DNA of 64,000 nucleotides. It comes from Spirochaetota bacterium. Its GTDB lineage: Bacteria; Spirochaetota; UBA6919; CBDBPB01. The notes beneath the pieces are model-generated. The model was not told where the DNA came from and did not search any database. It saw only the letters and a program-made list of their open reading frames with translations. Below are positions 11,170 to 22,224 of this stretch, one piece after another. The DNA lies in NCBI GenBank assembly GCA_965208615.1, contig CBDBPB010000001.1, positions 192,001-256,000 of the forward strand, in the 5' to 3' direction. Numbering within the stretch: position 1 is the first letter of the stretch; each line of letters begins with the position of its first letter. The position numbers and the translations under genes are program-made.

Positions 11170-11607
11170 CTATTCACTGTCTATATCAATCTTACGAGGT
11201 TTTAACTTTTCTGTTTTGGCTAAGATAATCGATAGAACCCCATTTTTAATATTAGCGGATATCTTATCTCTATTAATACCGTTCCCCAGCTTAAAAGTTC
11301 TAAAATAATCAACCGCATTACCACTCTCACCTTCAGTTGAGCTTAGTCTTCCTTTTATTTTTAGAAGTTCACCCTCTATGGATAAGCTTAAGCCTTTTTT
11401 ATCAACGCCAGGCAAATCGATTTTTAGAACATAGCTGTCATCCAGTTCATAAGTATCTGCTTTTGGGACTATATAATCTTTATCCTTTTCTACATCATCA
11501 GCTAATGGATTATAAACTCTACTATCATTTTTGCATTCCCAAAAGAAATCATCCATATAGTTTTGCATTTTATCCAAGTCTTTTAAAAAATCACAAGTTA
11601 ATAACAT
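11170..11607 (-). CDS. Hsp20/alpha-crystallin family protein
   Basis: PKADTYE..DLPGV..NGVLSIIL.K and C-terminal IDI (IxI) motif. Confidence 0.9.
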   Translation of the reverse strand: MLLTCDFLKDLDKMQNYMDDFFWECKNDSRVYNPLADDVEKDKDYIVPKADTYELDDSYVLKIDLPGVDKKGLSLSIEGELLKIKGRLSSTEGESGNAVDYFRTFKLGNGINRDKISANIKNGVLSIILAKTEKLKPRKIDIDSE

Positions 11608-11622
11608 ATTGTCCTCCTAATT

Positions 11623-12078
11623 TTATTGTTCCAAATTAATTTTGATAGTTTTTGCTTCCCTAACCTGGTCTTTTGGAAGTGTGATCCTAAGAATACCTTT
11701 TTTATACTTGGCATTAACCTTATCCTCCAAAACCTCATCGGGCAAAGTAAAAGATCGCTCAAAGCTACCATATTGTCTCTCAATACGGTATCCACGTTTA
11801 ATGTTATCTTTATTCTCCTCTTTTCTTTCACCTCTAATAGTTAGAATGTTATTTTTCAACTGAACCTCCAAGTCTTTTTCGTTGATACCGGGTAGTTCAG
11901 CCTCAACATAAATAGCTTTTTCATCCTCTGTAATATCCACACATGGAGAGAATGAGCCATCACCAAATAAAGATATAGGCGCTTGTCCAAAAGTACCATT
12001 AAAGATAGAGCCTATCTCATTTTTTATTTGGGTTAGGGGTGATAGACTATCATCCTGTTTAGTTAGATTGAGTCTCAT
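11623..12078 (-). CDS. Hsp20/alpha-crystallin family protein
   Basis: PCVDITE..AELPG..ERQYGSFERSFTLP..AKYKKGILRITLPK. Confidence 0.93.
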   Translation of the reverse strand: MRLNLTKQDDSLSPLTQIKNEIGSIFNGTFGQAPISLFGDGSFSPCVDITEDEKAIYVEAELPGINEKDLEVQLKNNILTIRGERKEENKDNIKRGYRIERQYGSFERSFTLPDEVLEDKVNAKYKKGILRITLPKDQVREAKTIKINLEQ

Positions 12079-12118
12079 AATTTGTCTCCTTAATTTTTTA
12101 TTTTACACTAACTATAGT

Positions 12119-12135
12119 ATCAAATATCGTGCCAA
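12119..12135 (-). promoter_or_regulatory. Putative sigma54 (-24/-12) promoter of the hsp20 operon
   Basis: Minus strand reads TTGGCACGATATTTGAT versus consensus TGGCACG-N4-TTGC(A/T); about 40 bp upstream of the ATG. Confidence 0.6.
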
Positions 12136-12230
12136 CCTTAATTATTAGGTTATATCCTACTGCAATACAAATAGTTAAAATATTTAATAAAAGGATTTGT
12201 TAATAGACAGGAGTTAGAAACAACATAAAT

Positions 12231-12270
12231 ATGGGTCATATTAACATAGTGCCTTGCCAATATAACCCAT
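12231..12270. promoter_or_regulatory. Inverted repeat, putative enhancer (UAS) pair
   Basis: ATGGGTCATATT (12231-12242) and AATATAACCCAT (12259-12270) match at 11/12 as an inverted repeat, about 100-135 bp upstream of the sigma54-like site. Confidence 0.45.
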
Positions 12271-12404
12271 GTGGATAATTTGTATCTATATCGAAGTTGG
12301 TTTAGCCGTAAACATAAAACAGATTTCTTTTAGTCGTTTATAGCATTAAAAGTTGGTGATGCATAAATATAAATAATAGCAAGCTATTTAATATAACTTT
12401 AATA

Positions 12405-13187
12405 TTAGTTATTAGTTATGGCATTTAACGAGCGACTAATCTCCAGCATAACTTCTTCATTAAATCCCCTTTTTCGTGTTATTATAAGAATATAAAAGGA
12501 CTGCTTACTTTTTAGATGTCCCAAAGACTTTACTAAGCCCCAACATAAAAACTGTTCATTTTTAGTAACTCTTCTAAGTCGCTCATTAACGATTGCAACT
12601 ATGGTATCTTTTCTTAATACATTATATCTTGCATATAGGTCCTTTTTTTTATCTTCTGCTTTTTCTTCCTGAACTTTTTCATATAGTTTTCCTATTGCTA
12701 TTGCGGCCATGGCTCTACAACGTTCTTCAGGATCACTTTTCATAGTACGAATCAGTCTATGGACAAACCTATATTTGGTATCATTATCTAGTCCATCTTG
12801 GTTCTCTGATAAAAGATAAGCAGAAGCTACTCTCACCCTCCATAGTTTACTAAGAGTATTATTCTCCCCATACACAGGATTAGCAATACCATCTTCAAGA
12901 GCAATATCAAACATCTTTACTATATCTGGATCTCCAAAGCCCTTTTTAGCACCTATTTGAAGAATGTATATTTTAATTTCAGGATCATCAAAACTCATAT
13001 AATTTTTTAAAATAAATTTGCCATCAACTTTGTCAAGCTTATTAATATTATTTTTAATAAATTCGTCATCACTTAAATATAAATCTTTTTCAACAACCCC
13101 GCTTTCTCTATTCTCAGTGGTTCCCTGGGAGAATAACGGATAAACCAATAATAAATTGAATAAAGCAACCACTAGTATTTTTTTCAT
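12405..13187 (-). CDS. Exported HEAT-repeat-like protein
   Basis: Signal peptide; WRVRVASAYLL, DPEERCRAMAAIAIG and LVKSLGHL helical repeats. Confidence 0.6.
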   Translation of the reverse strand: MKKILVVALFNLLLVYPLFSQGTTENRESGVVEKDLYLSDDEFIKNNINKLDKVDGKFILKNYMSFDDPEIKIYILQIGAKKGFGDPDIVKMFDIALEDGIANPVYGENNTLSKLWRVRVASAYLLSENQDGLDNDTKYRFVHRLIRTMKSDPEERCRAMAAIAIGKLYEKVQEEKAEDKKKDLYARYNVLRKDTIVAIVNERLRRVTKNEQFLCWGLVKSLGHLKSKQSFYILIITRKRGFNEEVMLEISRSLNAITNN

Positions 13188-13322
13188 AACTAACTCCTGA
13201 TTATAAAAATGAATTTGACAATATACTCTTATATACGACCAGCTATAATAGTCTTATTATTCAATATAATCAAGATTTTAGATGTGGGAAAATAATTAAG
13301 TAACCTTTTTACCTAAACACAA

Positions 13323-14390
13323 TTACCTAAGTATAAAGAGTAAGTATAGGCCAAGTATATATAATATTCCAATAGAAAGGGTATCAACACCAAGGGGACC
13401 GTATTTTTTCTTATTCCTCAGCATAAGGCTGGATAGCACAATACCAATGAATATAATACTAATAAGCCCGGTGATTATGTGATTGGGATGGCTTAATGCA
13501 AAAACATCGTTAATAATTAGTTCAGAGTTAGTTATCCTGCCTAACCTATAGAATCCATCAGAAAAAGATAAAATTGCCAGATTAAAAAGATTGCTACCAA
13601 ACAAGTTGCCCAAAGCCATATCACTTCTACCAAGCCTTATAGCAGAAATTGATACAACAACTTCTGGCAAACTAGTAGTAAATGCCATAAATAGCGTTCC
13701 TACAAACGTACCCCCGAGTTCTAGTCCACTAATTTTAAGTTTACTAATGCCATCACAACTATAGGACAAAAGTATGGCAGAACAAAATACTAATATGGAC
13801 GAAAAAACAAATCCAATAATAGCCTGATTTTTAGTAATAGATTTACTATTATGATCATCATCGATTTTTTCAACATTACCTTTTTCATATTTATATACGA
13901 TGATCATCCCGCCAACATAGAAAATCATAAGTATAAAGGAAAAGTACCAAAAATCATAACCACTCAACGTAGACAAATTTGATATATATATCATAAGCAA
14001 GACAATAGAGGTAATAAAGATAACAATCCCCCCAGTCATAATATTCTTTTGACTAGCACCATATAGTATTGGTCTTTGTCTAACAAAGAAGTCCATTATA
14101 ACGAGGATAAATATATTAGTCATGTTACTACCAAGAACGTTGCCAAAGGACAAATCAACATTCCCTATAAACGATGCGGATGACGAAGAAAATAGCTCTG
14201 GCAGTGATGTAGCCGCTGATAATAAAATTAATCCCACGAGACTATATCCCAATTTTGTTGTTTTTGCAATAGCCTCACCATAAGCAGCAAGTCTCATAGC
14301 GGATATCACCGTTATAACCGAAGCGACTATAAATAACATTATAACAGCTATGTCAGACTGAGCAATAAATAACGATATTTTATCCAGCAT
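13323..14390 (-). CDS. Sodium:calcium (cation/Ca2+) exchanger family protein
   Basis: Two alpha repeats ATSLPE..GNVLGSN and TTSLPE..GNLFGSN; likely ATG at 14390 with GGAG RBS. Confidence 0.9.
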   Translation of the reverse strand: MLDKISLFIAQSDIAVIMLFIVASVITVISAMRLAAYGEAIAKTTKLGYSLVGLILLSAATSLPELFSSSSASFIGNVDLSFGNVLGSNMTNIFILVIMDFFVRQRPILYGASQKNIMTGGIVIFITSIVLLMIYISNLSTLSGYDFWYFSFILMIFYVGGMIIVYKYEKGNVEKIDDDHNSKSITKNQAIIGFVFSSILVFCSAILLSYSCDGISKLKISGLELGGTFVGTLFMAFTTSLPEVVVSISAIRLGRSDMALGNLFGSNLFNLAILSFSDGFYRLGRITNSELIINDVFALSHPNHIITGLISIIFIGIVLSSLMLRNKKKYGPLGVDTLSIGILYILGLYLLFILR

Positions 14391-14678
14391 TACGAACTCC
14401 AAGACAACTAATTAACATATACGATTTCTGATTTATATTAGCTAACAATTTGCTAAAAAGCGTTTTATTAAACATAATAACTTGTTATCCTGCTTAAGCA
14501 GTTGATAACTCTTCTTAATCCAGCTTATTAAAATAACAAATATTGTCATTTTAAATAGTACAACAACTTTTTTTATTTTTACCTTGACTACGCCTGAATA
14601 TCAGTTTACCTTTAATCTAAGGCAGTTTATCCCTAGCTATATAAATAATATAATTAACCTGAAAATTAGGAAAAGAAT

Positions 14679-15683
14679 ATGTCTAACTTAATAAAAAATT
14701 CATACCAATACCTCATCAACTCTAATAAACTTAAAAAAATATATAAACAAGTTAATAAACAGGAATCGTCATACAATAAAAATATGATAGAACTAGGTAA
14801 AAAATTCAAAGACCTAGGCCTCTCCAATGACCATGTTAATGAAGCAGTTATACAACTTACTAATATAGAAGAGGATATATATAAGGTTGATGAAAATATA
14901 GACCAGTTACAAAAAGAAATAACTCAAACAAAATCTACAATAAAAAGTATAACAGAAAAATACGATGACAATATCAAAAATGTTAATACTAAATTGGATG
15001 AACTAAACAAAACTAAAAAGCATACACAAAAAAAAGAAAAAGAAATTAATCACGATATATCTAGTAATAAAAAAGAAATTAAAAAATATGAAACGGAATA
15101 CAAAAATATAACAAACAATATCAACTCCATTAAACAAAATACTAAAAACTCAAACGGAATCGCTGAGGATACCTCAACCCTAGAAAATGAACTAACTAAT
15201 ATTGAAACACAAATAAAAACTCTAAAAGATAAACTCAATGATGATGATAATCAACTTAAAAATATAAACGAAGAACTTAACCCCGTAAATAACAATATAA
15301 AAGATGTTAATAAAGAACTATCCACTATAAAACATCAATCTAAACAAGAAAGTAATAAACATGAACAACAAACATCCGACCTGCAACTAAGAATAAGTCA
15401 ACAACAAATACATAAAAAAAATCTTGAGTCTAAAAAAATAATGCCATATAGAGAAATAGGTAAACTATTATACGAATCGCCTATTGAAAACGATAATCTA
15501 AATAAAAACTATGAAAAAATAAACCTCATAAAACAAAAAATAGATAAGCTTAAAGAACAAATTATTAAACTCGAAGACCTATTAAACTTACCATCCTCGA
15601 TTAAAGCTAAAAACTTTGTTAGAATGTCCTATATAGGCATAATTATTATAGTAATTATAATTGTAATAGCGATTAAATATTAA
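14679..15683 (+). CDS. Long coiled-coil protein with a C-terminal membrane anchor
   Basis: Heptad-rich K/E/N/Q sequence ending in a poly-Ile TM segment. Confidence 0.65.
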   Translation: MSNLIKNSYQYLINSNKLKKIYKQVNKQESSYNKNMIELGKKFKDLGLSNDHVNEAVIQLTNIEEDIYKVDENIDQLQKEITQTKSTIKSITEKYDDNIKNVNTKLDELNKTKKHTQKKEKEINHDISSNKKEIKKYETEYKNITNNINSIKQNTKNSNGIAEDTSTLENELTNIETQIKTLKDKLNDDDNQLKNINEELNPVNNNIKDVNKELSTIKHQSKQESNKHEQQTSDLQLRISQQQIHKKNLESKKIMPYREIGKLLYESPIENDNLNKNYEKINLIKQKIDKLKEQIIKLEDLLNLPSSIKAKNFVRMSYIGIIIIVIIIVIAIKY

Positions 15684-16377
15684 TATCGTAATGGTGAATT
15701 AAAAAATAACTCTTGGCAGACTTACCCAAATACTCTGCATAGTCCTTATATAAATGGTTAATAAACTTACCATGAAAATCCTTATCATAGGTAGCCTCTA
15801 ATATAGCTAAATCAACACCCTCTACCTCCTTTTCTAATATAGGATTTTTTATGGTATCCCCTGAATAAACTACTAACTCATCACCAATAGAAATACGATA
15901 TCCAAATGCAGACATATATTTAGAGTCTGTATTAATAGATTCATAGTGCAAAGCAGGAAAAGGCTTTATAATAAAATTAGATATGCTTTCAAATACGCCA
16001 TCCTTTATCTCATTGTAATATAACGTATATCTAAGCTTTTCTCCGTAAAACTTCAAAAATAACTGAATCATATCATAAACTTGATTGCAATTAATAGGTG
16101 CTATTATATTTAACTCTCCCTTATAGTCAACAAGGTGTAAAACAAATAAAAGTGAGTATAACCCTCCATAATGATCAGTATGTCCGTGAGTTATTAATAT
16201 CCCTTTAAGATTATTTAATTTAATGTTTTTCTTTATTAAATCCCTTGTTACTCCATCTCCACAGTCCAGGAGGATAAAGTCATCCGAACTCTTATCAGTT
16301 AACACAATCTGAGTAGCTATTCCAGCTTTAGAATACAAAACCTCAACAGAAATATTTTTACCCTGCCATATTTGCAT
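15673..16377 (-). CDS. MBL-fold metallo-hydrolase (RNase Z-like)
   Basis: LLDCGDG, ITHGHTDH, YSGDT, EATY and LIHH motifs. Confidence 0.85.
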   Translation of the reverse strand: MQIWQGKNISVEVLYSKAGIATQIVLTDKSSDDFILLDCGDGVTRDLIKKNIKLNNLKGILITHGHTDHYGGLYSLLFVLHLVDYKGELNIIAPINCNQVYDMIQLFLKFYGEKLRYTLYYNEIKDGVFESISNFIIKPFPALHYESINTDSKYMSAFGYRISIGDELVVYSGDTIKNPILEKEVEGVDLAILEATYDKDFHGKFINHLYKDYAEYLGKSAKSYFLIHHYDINI

Positions 16378-16514
16378 TAAAACTCCACATAAGTTATTAC
16401 TAAACTAAATAAACCATACAACTTATACCTTATTCAAACAATACTTAAAATTTATGCAATATTTAATAAAAAATTACTTTTTTGTTACGACAATATTAGC
16501 TATACTTCTACATT

Positions 16515-17450
<936 letters not shown>

Positions 17451-17463
17451 CGCCTATACTAAT

Positions 17464-17865
17464 ATGAAAAAAAAGACTAACTTAATAATTAAAATCATCC
17501 TAAATGTAGTAGGTACTGTTAGCTTAGCATTAGGAGTAATAGGAATATTTTTACCGCTACTACCAACAACTCCATTTTTATTGCTCGCCTCTCTATGCTA
17601 TGTTAAAGGATCCAAAAAGTTATACAATAAGCTTATGACTAATAAGTATTTAGGACCTTATATAAAAGGCTTTAAAAATAAACAAGGTATGCCCCTAAAA
17701 GCTAAGTATTATAGTATAATTTTGTTATGGGTTTCTCTTGGTATATCTATGTATTTATATATGTACAACAATGTTATATTGTTTATTTTATCCGTTATTG
17801 GCGTTAGTGTAAGCATACTAATCTTTAAAATGAAAACCCTTAACAAAGAAGCAAATACAGATTAA
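17464..17865 (+). CDS. YbaN/DUF454 family membrane protein
   Basis: LGVIGIFLPLLPTTPFLLLA signature. Confidence 0.9.
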   Translation: MKKKTNLIIKIILNVVGTVSLALGVIGIFLPLLPTTPFLLLASLCYVKGSKKLYNKLMTNKYLGPYIKGFKNKQGMPLKAKYYSIILLWVSLGISMYLYMYNNVILFILSVIGVSVSILIFKMKTLNKEANTD

Positions 17866-17879
17866 ATGATTATTATATC

Positions 17880-18668
17880 TTATACCCCTTGAAAACCTTT
17901 ATAAAGACGGTAAGCCTCTAATAGTATATCATAAAATGACTTCGAAGCCGCAGAATTATAAAATAATCTAAGAGAAGTAAAATTGCTATTAGGCTGTCTA
18001 TAAAGATATAAAATTAGAACGTTTATAGCAATTTGTTTAAGAGGTCCAGCTTTTATATATTTGTGGGAAGATACACTAACATATTTATGAATAATACATA
18101 CCCTCTTTTTCGAGTAGGCTTTTACTAAAAAATCAGAATAACAAATATCCTCCATAAAATGCTTAGAAAAAGGATTTTTTATACATATATCCCGTCTCAT
18201 AAACATAGCATTAGTACCCGCCATCCGTTTTAAAAAAATCGCTCTAATATTGGCCATCTTTGCAGTTATACCAAAGAAAAAAGATGGATTATAACGTTTT
18301 AAAAAACCTCCAGCAATATAATTTTCATTTTCCATAGCCTTAGAAATATATCTTAATGCGTTATCTGGTAAAGTATTATCCACATGCAGTATTAGCAGTA
18401 TATCCCCTTTTGCCTGCTTAATACCTAGGTTTATAGACTGTCCTCTGGTTAAGGGATCATAATCAGTAACGCTTAAAACTACTTTTAGCTCTACCTTGCT
18501 ATCATTGAAAAGATCCGTAATATTATTTAATATCTTAGGAAAATAACTCTTTTCTGCATCCGAAAAGATTAGTTCACACGGGTAGTCCTGAGAAATAAGG
18601 CTTTTTATTAAGGGTATAAGCTTTTCTATTTTCGGTCTGTAGGTTGGAACAATTATAGAAATCAACAT
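17880..18668 (-). CDS. Glycosyltransferase family 2, resembling TIGR04283-type enzymes
   Basis: ISIIVPTY, RGQSINLG..AKGDILLILHVDNTLP, AGGF and FMED. Confidence 0.75.
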   Translation of the reverse strand: MLISIIVPTYRPKIEKLIPLIKSLISQDYPCELIFSDAEKSYFPKILNNITDLFNDSKVELKVVLSVTDYDPLTRGQSINLGIKQAKGDILLILHVDNTLPDNALRYISKAMENENYIAGGFLKRYNPSFFFGITAKMANIRAIFLKRMAGTNAMFMRRDICIKNPFSKHFMEDICYSDFLVKAYSKKRVCIIHKYVSVSSHKYIKAGPLKQIAINVLILYLYRQPNSNFTSLRLFYNSAASKSFYDILLEAYRLYKGFQGV

Positions 18669-18847
18669 ATTTTATTTTGGATCCTAACAATTTCTGAAAA
18701 GATCCTATATTTAATTTATTTTGTCAAGTTAAAATATATTTTTATACCATACAGTTTAGTATATAAAACTTTCTACATTGACCTTTATCCCTAACACCCT
18801 AAGTAATACCATATTATATCATAGTATAAGGCTATTAAAAAAACAAA

Positions 18848-19465
18848 TTAGACTTCTATAAAACTCTTTGTAAACTTTGCAAACTCGCGATAAAAAGCTA
18901 ATTCTGCGTTAGAAATAACCTTATCACAAAAGCCATTTATCCACTTAGATAAATGCTCATTTATAAACTTTAGCTCTAACTCCTTACATTCTTTGGCTTT
19001 GCTTTCATTTTTATTCGACCAAGCCTTAGATTCCTCTTTTGTTATTTCTTTTAAGAACTCCAGTTCAACACTAATATGGTCATCTAAACCTGTATAATTA
19101 TGTTTATAGCTAAAACCACAAACTTCAATAAACCTCTTAACTTTAACAGCCGATTCTCCAAGTAATGATTTATCAACATGAACAGATTCGCTTGGGTTAA
19201 TATGTTTATCAGGCCCAATAAATAGCTTGGTATATTCTAGTGACAGCTCCTCAAGAAGTATGGATTCAGGTTTATTAAGGAAATCTTCATCCAGGTTAAC
19301 ATCCAAGCTGGATAAGGTCATCAAAAAATGATGATCCCTTATTTTTCGGATAAGAACACTATCCGGCTCATTAAAAAATATAATAGCTAAAAGTCCGTAT
19401 ATATTGCTACGAGCACTAGCCTCTGAAGCAAGTGTTTCCCAATTAACTTCTTGTTTAATATTCAT
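18848..19465 (-). CDS. TorD/DmsD family molybdoenzyme maturation chaperone
   Basis: EYTKLF.GP..PSESV..DHISVELEF..F..EHL..W motifs; last gene of the Mo-enzyme operon. Confidence 0.9.
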   Translation of the reverse strand: MNIKQEVNWETLASEASARSNIYGLLAIIFFNEPDSVLIRKIRDHHFLMTLSSLDVNLDEDFLNKPESILLEELSLEYTKLFIGPDKHINPSESVHVDKSLLGESAVKVKRFIEVCGFSYKHNYTGLDDHISVELEFLKEITKEESKAWSNKNESKAKECKELELKFINEHLSKWINGFCDKVISNAELAFYREFAKFTKSFIEV

Positions 19466-19491
19466 AGTTAGCAAATCCTTTTATTTGATTA

Positions 19492-19514
19492 TCTAGCGGT
19501 AATATACCGCTAGA
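19492..19514. promoter_or_regulatory. Intercistronic hairpin between the catalytic subunit and chaperone genes
   Basis: TCTAGCGGTA / TACCGCTAGA perfect 10-bp stem; no U-tract on the minus strand. Confidence 0.6.
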
Positions 19515-19527
19515 CTTAAATACTTAC

Positions 19528-22209
19528 TTATACTTTTTCAACCTTAACAACACTATCCATCCACCTCTGCTGTCCATTAAGAGGGTCTGGAGAGTTAGCT
19601 ATCAACCAATTAGGATGCGCACCAAATCCATCAACCCACTTTCCATCATTAGTCTTTTGTCTACCTTTTGCCCACCATCTTCTATCATTAACGTCAGCGT
19701 CAGAGATAACCTTAGAATCTATTTCGCTATGATTCTTTCCTGATGCAGTCCGTCCATACTGCCAATGTCCAAGATGATATGATATGGCTATAACACCAGG
19801 GGTAATAGACTCTGTAACATGAGCCTTTGTAATAACTCCATCCGACTTAACATTAGGATTTGTTAACTTAATCATATCGCCATGTTTAATACCCTTTTCT
19901 GCCGCAGTCTTAGAGTTTATCCATGCTGGATTCTCATGATATATCTCAGTTAACCACTTACAGTTTGCAGTCCTTGAGTGAGTATGAACATTCACCTTAT
20001 AAGTTGTTAACATAAGCTCATCAGCCTTTTTATTTTTATGCTCAGGAATCTCCATATAAGTAGGCATTGGGTTTTCGCCTTTAAGCTCAAGAAGATCAGA
20101 GTAAATCTCAAGATATCCAGACTTGTTAACAGCATCAGGGTTAAAGCCTTTATAAAGCTTATCCCCTATCTTCTGGGCAACATAACCCTTATATGCCTTT
20201 TTAGTCTTTGTATAACCTTTTGATCTTGCCTCTTCAGCGCTATTAGCCTTAGACTTATGCCAGTTCCAATATACGCCTGTTTTCTGATCAAAGATTACAC
20301 CATCTTTTCTGGTCTCTTCAGCACTAATTTCTATTTTGTATCTATAATAACCAGGGGCTGGTTTATCTAATTTAGCAGAAGGATCGTCATGCCAAACACC
20401 ACCACGCTTTTTCATATACTCAAAAGGATCTTCACCTACCTTTTTAGCCGCCTCCACAACCTCTTTGGTTTTATGACATGACTTCTTAACAAAGTCTTCT
20501 TTACTAGTAACTCCCCCTATATCTAGATTCATCATTTTTGCAAGATCACATACAACATCACCAAAGTCCCTTGACTCACCTAAAGGCTTAATAAGAGGTT
20601 GACGAATATAATGCTCCCCTATTTGAGTTGGGGATACCATATCTTCCCAGTCCCACCTTTCAAGATAGGTAGCATCAGGTAAGATTAAGTCCGCTAATGA
20701 AGTGGACTCACTATAAAAAGGGTCTATGGCAACAGTAAATGGTAAAAGCTTCTCATCTTTCAATACATCAATATTCTCCTGGCACTCACCATTAACATAA
20801 ACAGGGTTATAACAGTACCACATATACAAATCAGGTCTACCAAACTCCTTGCCATAATCCTTAATCATCTTAAAAACCCAATGGCTCATGTGATGAGTAG
20901 GAAAAGCAGCATAACCCTTATGCCCTTTTTCAGGGTGACCATCTACAATCTTAAGACCCTTACCCTTAGGTGGATTCTTAGGCTTAGGATAACTCCAACC
21001 AGAACCAACTCCCTTACACCTACCACCAGGATTATCAATATTACCTGTTATACCAGCAAGAGTCTGAGCAGCTCGTTCAGCCTCATTCCCATTATAATGA
21101 GCAATTGCACCCCTATAAGTTATTAAACAAGCAGGCTTTGTTGTAGCAAACTCCTTAGTTAATGACACTATCTTTGAAGCAGGTACACCGCTAATCTTTG
21201 ATGCCCACTCTGGTGTATACTTAGCAAAGTGACTCTTTAACGCTGCTATCTTTTCGTCCACTGTGTTTTGAGCCTGGTTTGTAACCTTCATAAACTTTAT
21301 AAAATCTCTATCATAAAGGTTATTCTCCATAACAACATTACACATGGACAGAAGAATAGCACAATCAGACCCAGGCTTTACAGGAACCCACTCAGATGAC
21401 CTTGCAGCTGTGTTAGAAAGCCTAACATCAAAAGTTACCATCCTAACTCCCCTATTACTCATGGCATCAGCTATCCTCTGAGCAACAGGTATATGATTAG
21501 TGTGAGTCTCAAAAATATTACTACCAAAGTTTAACATAAACTGTGTATGATCCGCATCCCAGTTGTCATAATGACCACCCCATGTTAACTCCTGAGAAGA
21601 CCACTTTCCGCCCTCACAAATGGATGTGTGATTACCAATAGTCTTAGTGCCATAAGCAGTCAAAAAACTACCCTTTATTATCTTACTAGAGCTAGCCTTC
21701 ATCCGTCCATAATGAAACATAAACTTAGCAGGATTATCAGCCCTTATTTCCTTAAGGCCTTTAACATGCTTACCATCTCGCTCATAACCATCCACAAGGA
21801 CCTTAAGAGCCTCTTTCCATGATAGCTTTTTCCACTTACCTTCACCACGCTTACCAGTCCTAAGCATAGGATATAATATCCTATCTGGATCATAAACCTG
21901 ATTTATACCAGCCTGACCCTTAGCACATATCTTACCCCTTCCCCTTTGAGAGTGAACTTGTCCCTCAAGCTTAACTAACCGACCGTCCTCTATGTAACCA
22001 ACCATAGAATCCCTTGTAACGCAAGACCAACAAGAAGTAGGTATCATCTTACGCTCGCCTTTAACCGAAAAATCTTTGTTACCCTTTTTAAAACTAGTCT
22101 TTATCTCTTTAGCCTCTAATACACCTTGCCCGGTAGCAACCAATGCTGCAGAAGCGGCACCCAGTTTTAAAAAATTACGTCTATCAATAGCTTTATTATC
22201 TGTTTTCAT
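19528..22209 (-). CDS. Tat-exported molybdopterin (DMSO reductase family) catalytic subunit, Arr/Arx/Psr/Ttr-related
   Basis: DRRNFLK Tat motif; CWSCVTRD-x27-CAKG; DPDRILYPM; HTSICEG Mo-ligand Cys; ADLILPDATYLERW; HTHSRT. Confidence 0.92.
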   Translation of the reverse strand: MKTDNKAIDRRNFLKLGAASAALVATGQGVLEAKEIKTSFKKGNKDFSVKGERKMIPTSCWSCVTRDSMVGYIEDGRLVKLEGQVHSQRGRGKICAKGQAGINQVYDPDRILYPMLRTGKRGEGKWKKLSWKEALKVLVDGYERDGKHVKGLKEIRADNPAKFMFHYGRMKASSSKIIKGSFLTAYGTKTIGNHTSICEGGKWSSQELTWGGHYDNWDADHTQFMLNFGSNIFETHTNHIPVAQRIADAMSNRGVRMVTFDVRLSNTAARSSEWVPVKPGSDCAILLSMCNVVMENNLYDRDFIKFMKVTNQAQNTVDEKIAALKSHFAKYTPEWASKISGVPASKIVSLTKEFATTKPACLITYRGAIAHYNGNEAERAAQTLAGITGNIDNPGGRCKGVGSGWSYPKPKNPPKGKGLKIVDGHPEKGHKGYAAFPTHHMSHWVFKMIKDYGKEFGRPDLYMWYCYNPVYVNGECQENIDVLKDEKLLPFTVAIDPFYSESTSLADLILPDATYLERWDWEDMVSPTQIGEHYIRQPLIKPLGESRDFGDVVCDLAKMMNLDIGGVTSKEDFVKKSCHKTKEVVEAAKKVGEDPFEYMKKRGGVWHDDPSAKLDKPAPGYYRYKIEISAEETRKDGVIFDQKTGVYWNWHKSKANSAEEARSKGYTKTKKAYKGYVAQKIGDKLYKGFNPDAVNKSGYLEIYSDLLELKGENPMPTYMEIPEHKNKKADELMLTTYKVNVHTHSRTANCKWLTEIYHENPAWINSKTAAEKGIKHGDMIKLTNPNVKSDGVITKAHVTESITPGVIAISYHLGHWQYGRTASGKNHSEIDSKVISDADVNDRRWWAKGRQKTNDGKWVDGFGAHPNWLIANSPDPLNGQQRWMDSVVKVEKV

Positions 22210-22224
22210 TCAATCCCCCTATCC

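Noticed and set aside
19528-22209. Naming the enzyme arrA, arxA, ttrA or psrA
   Set aside because: The diagnostic motifs ((R/K)GRY, GRGWG, four-Cys FS0) are not matched; assignment needs a phylogeny.
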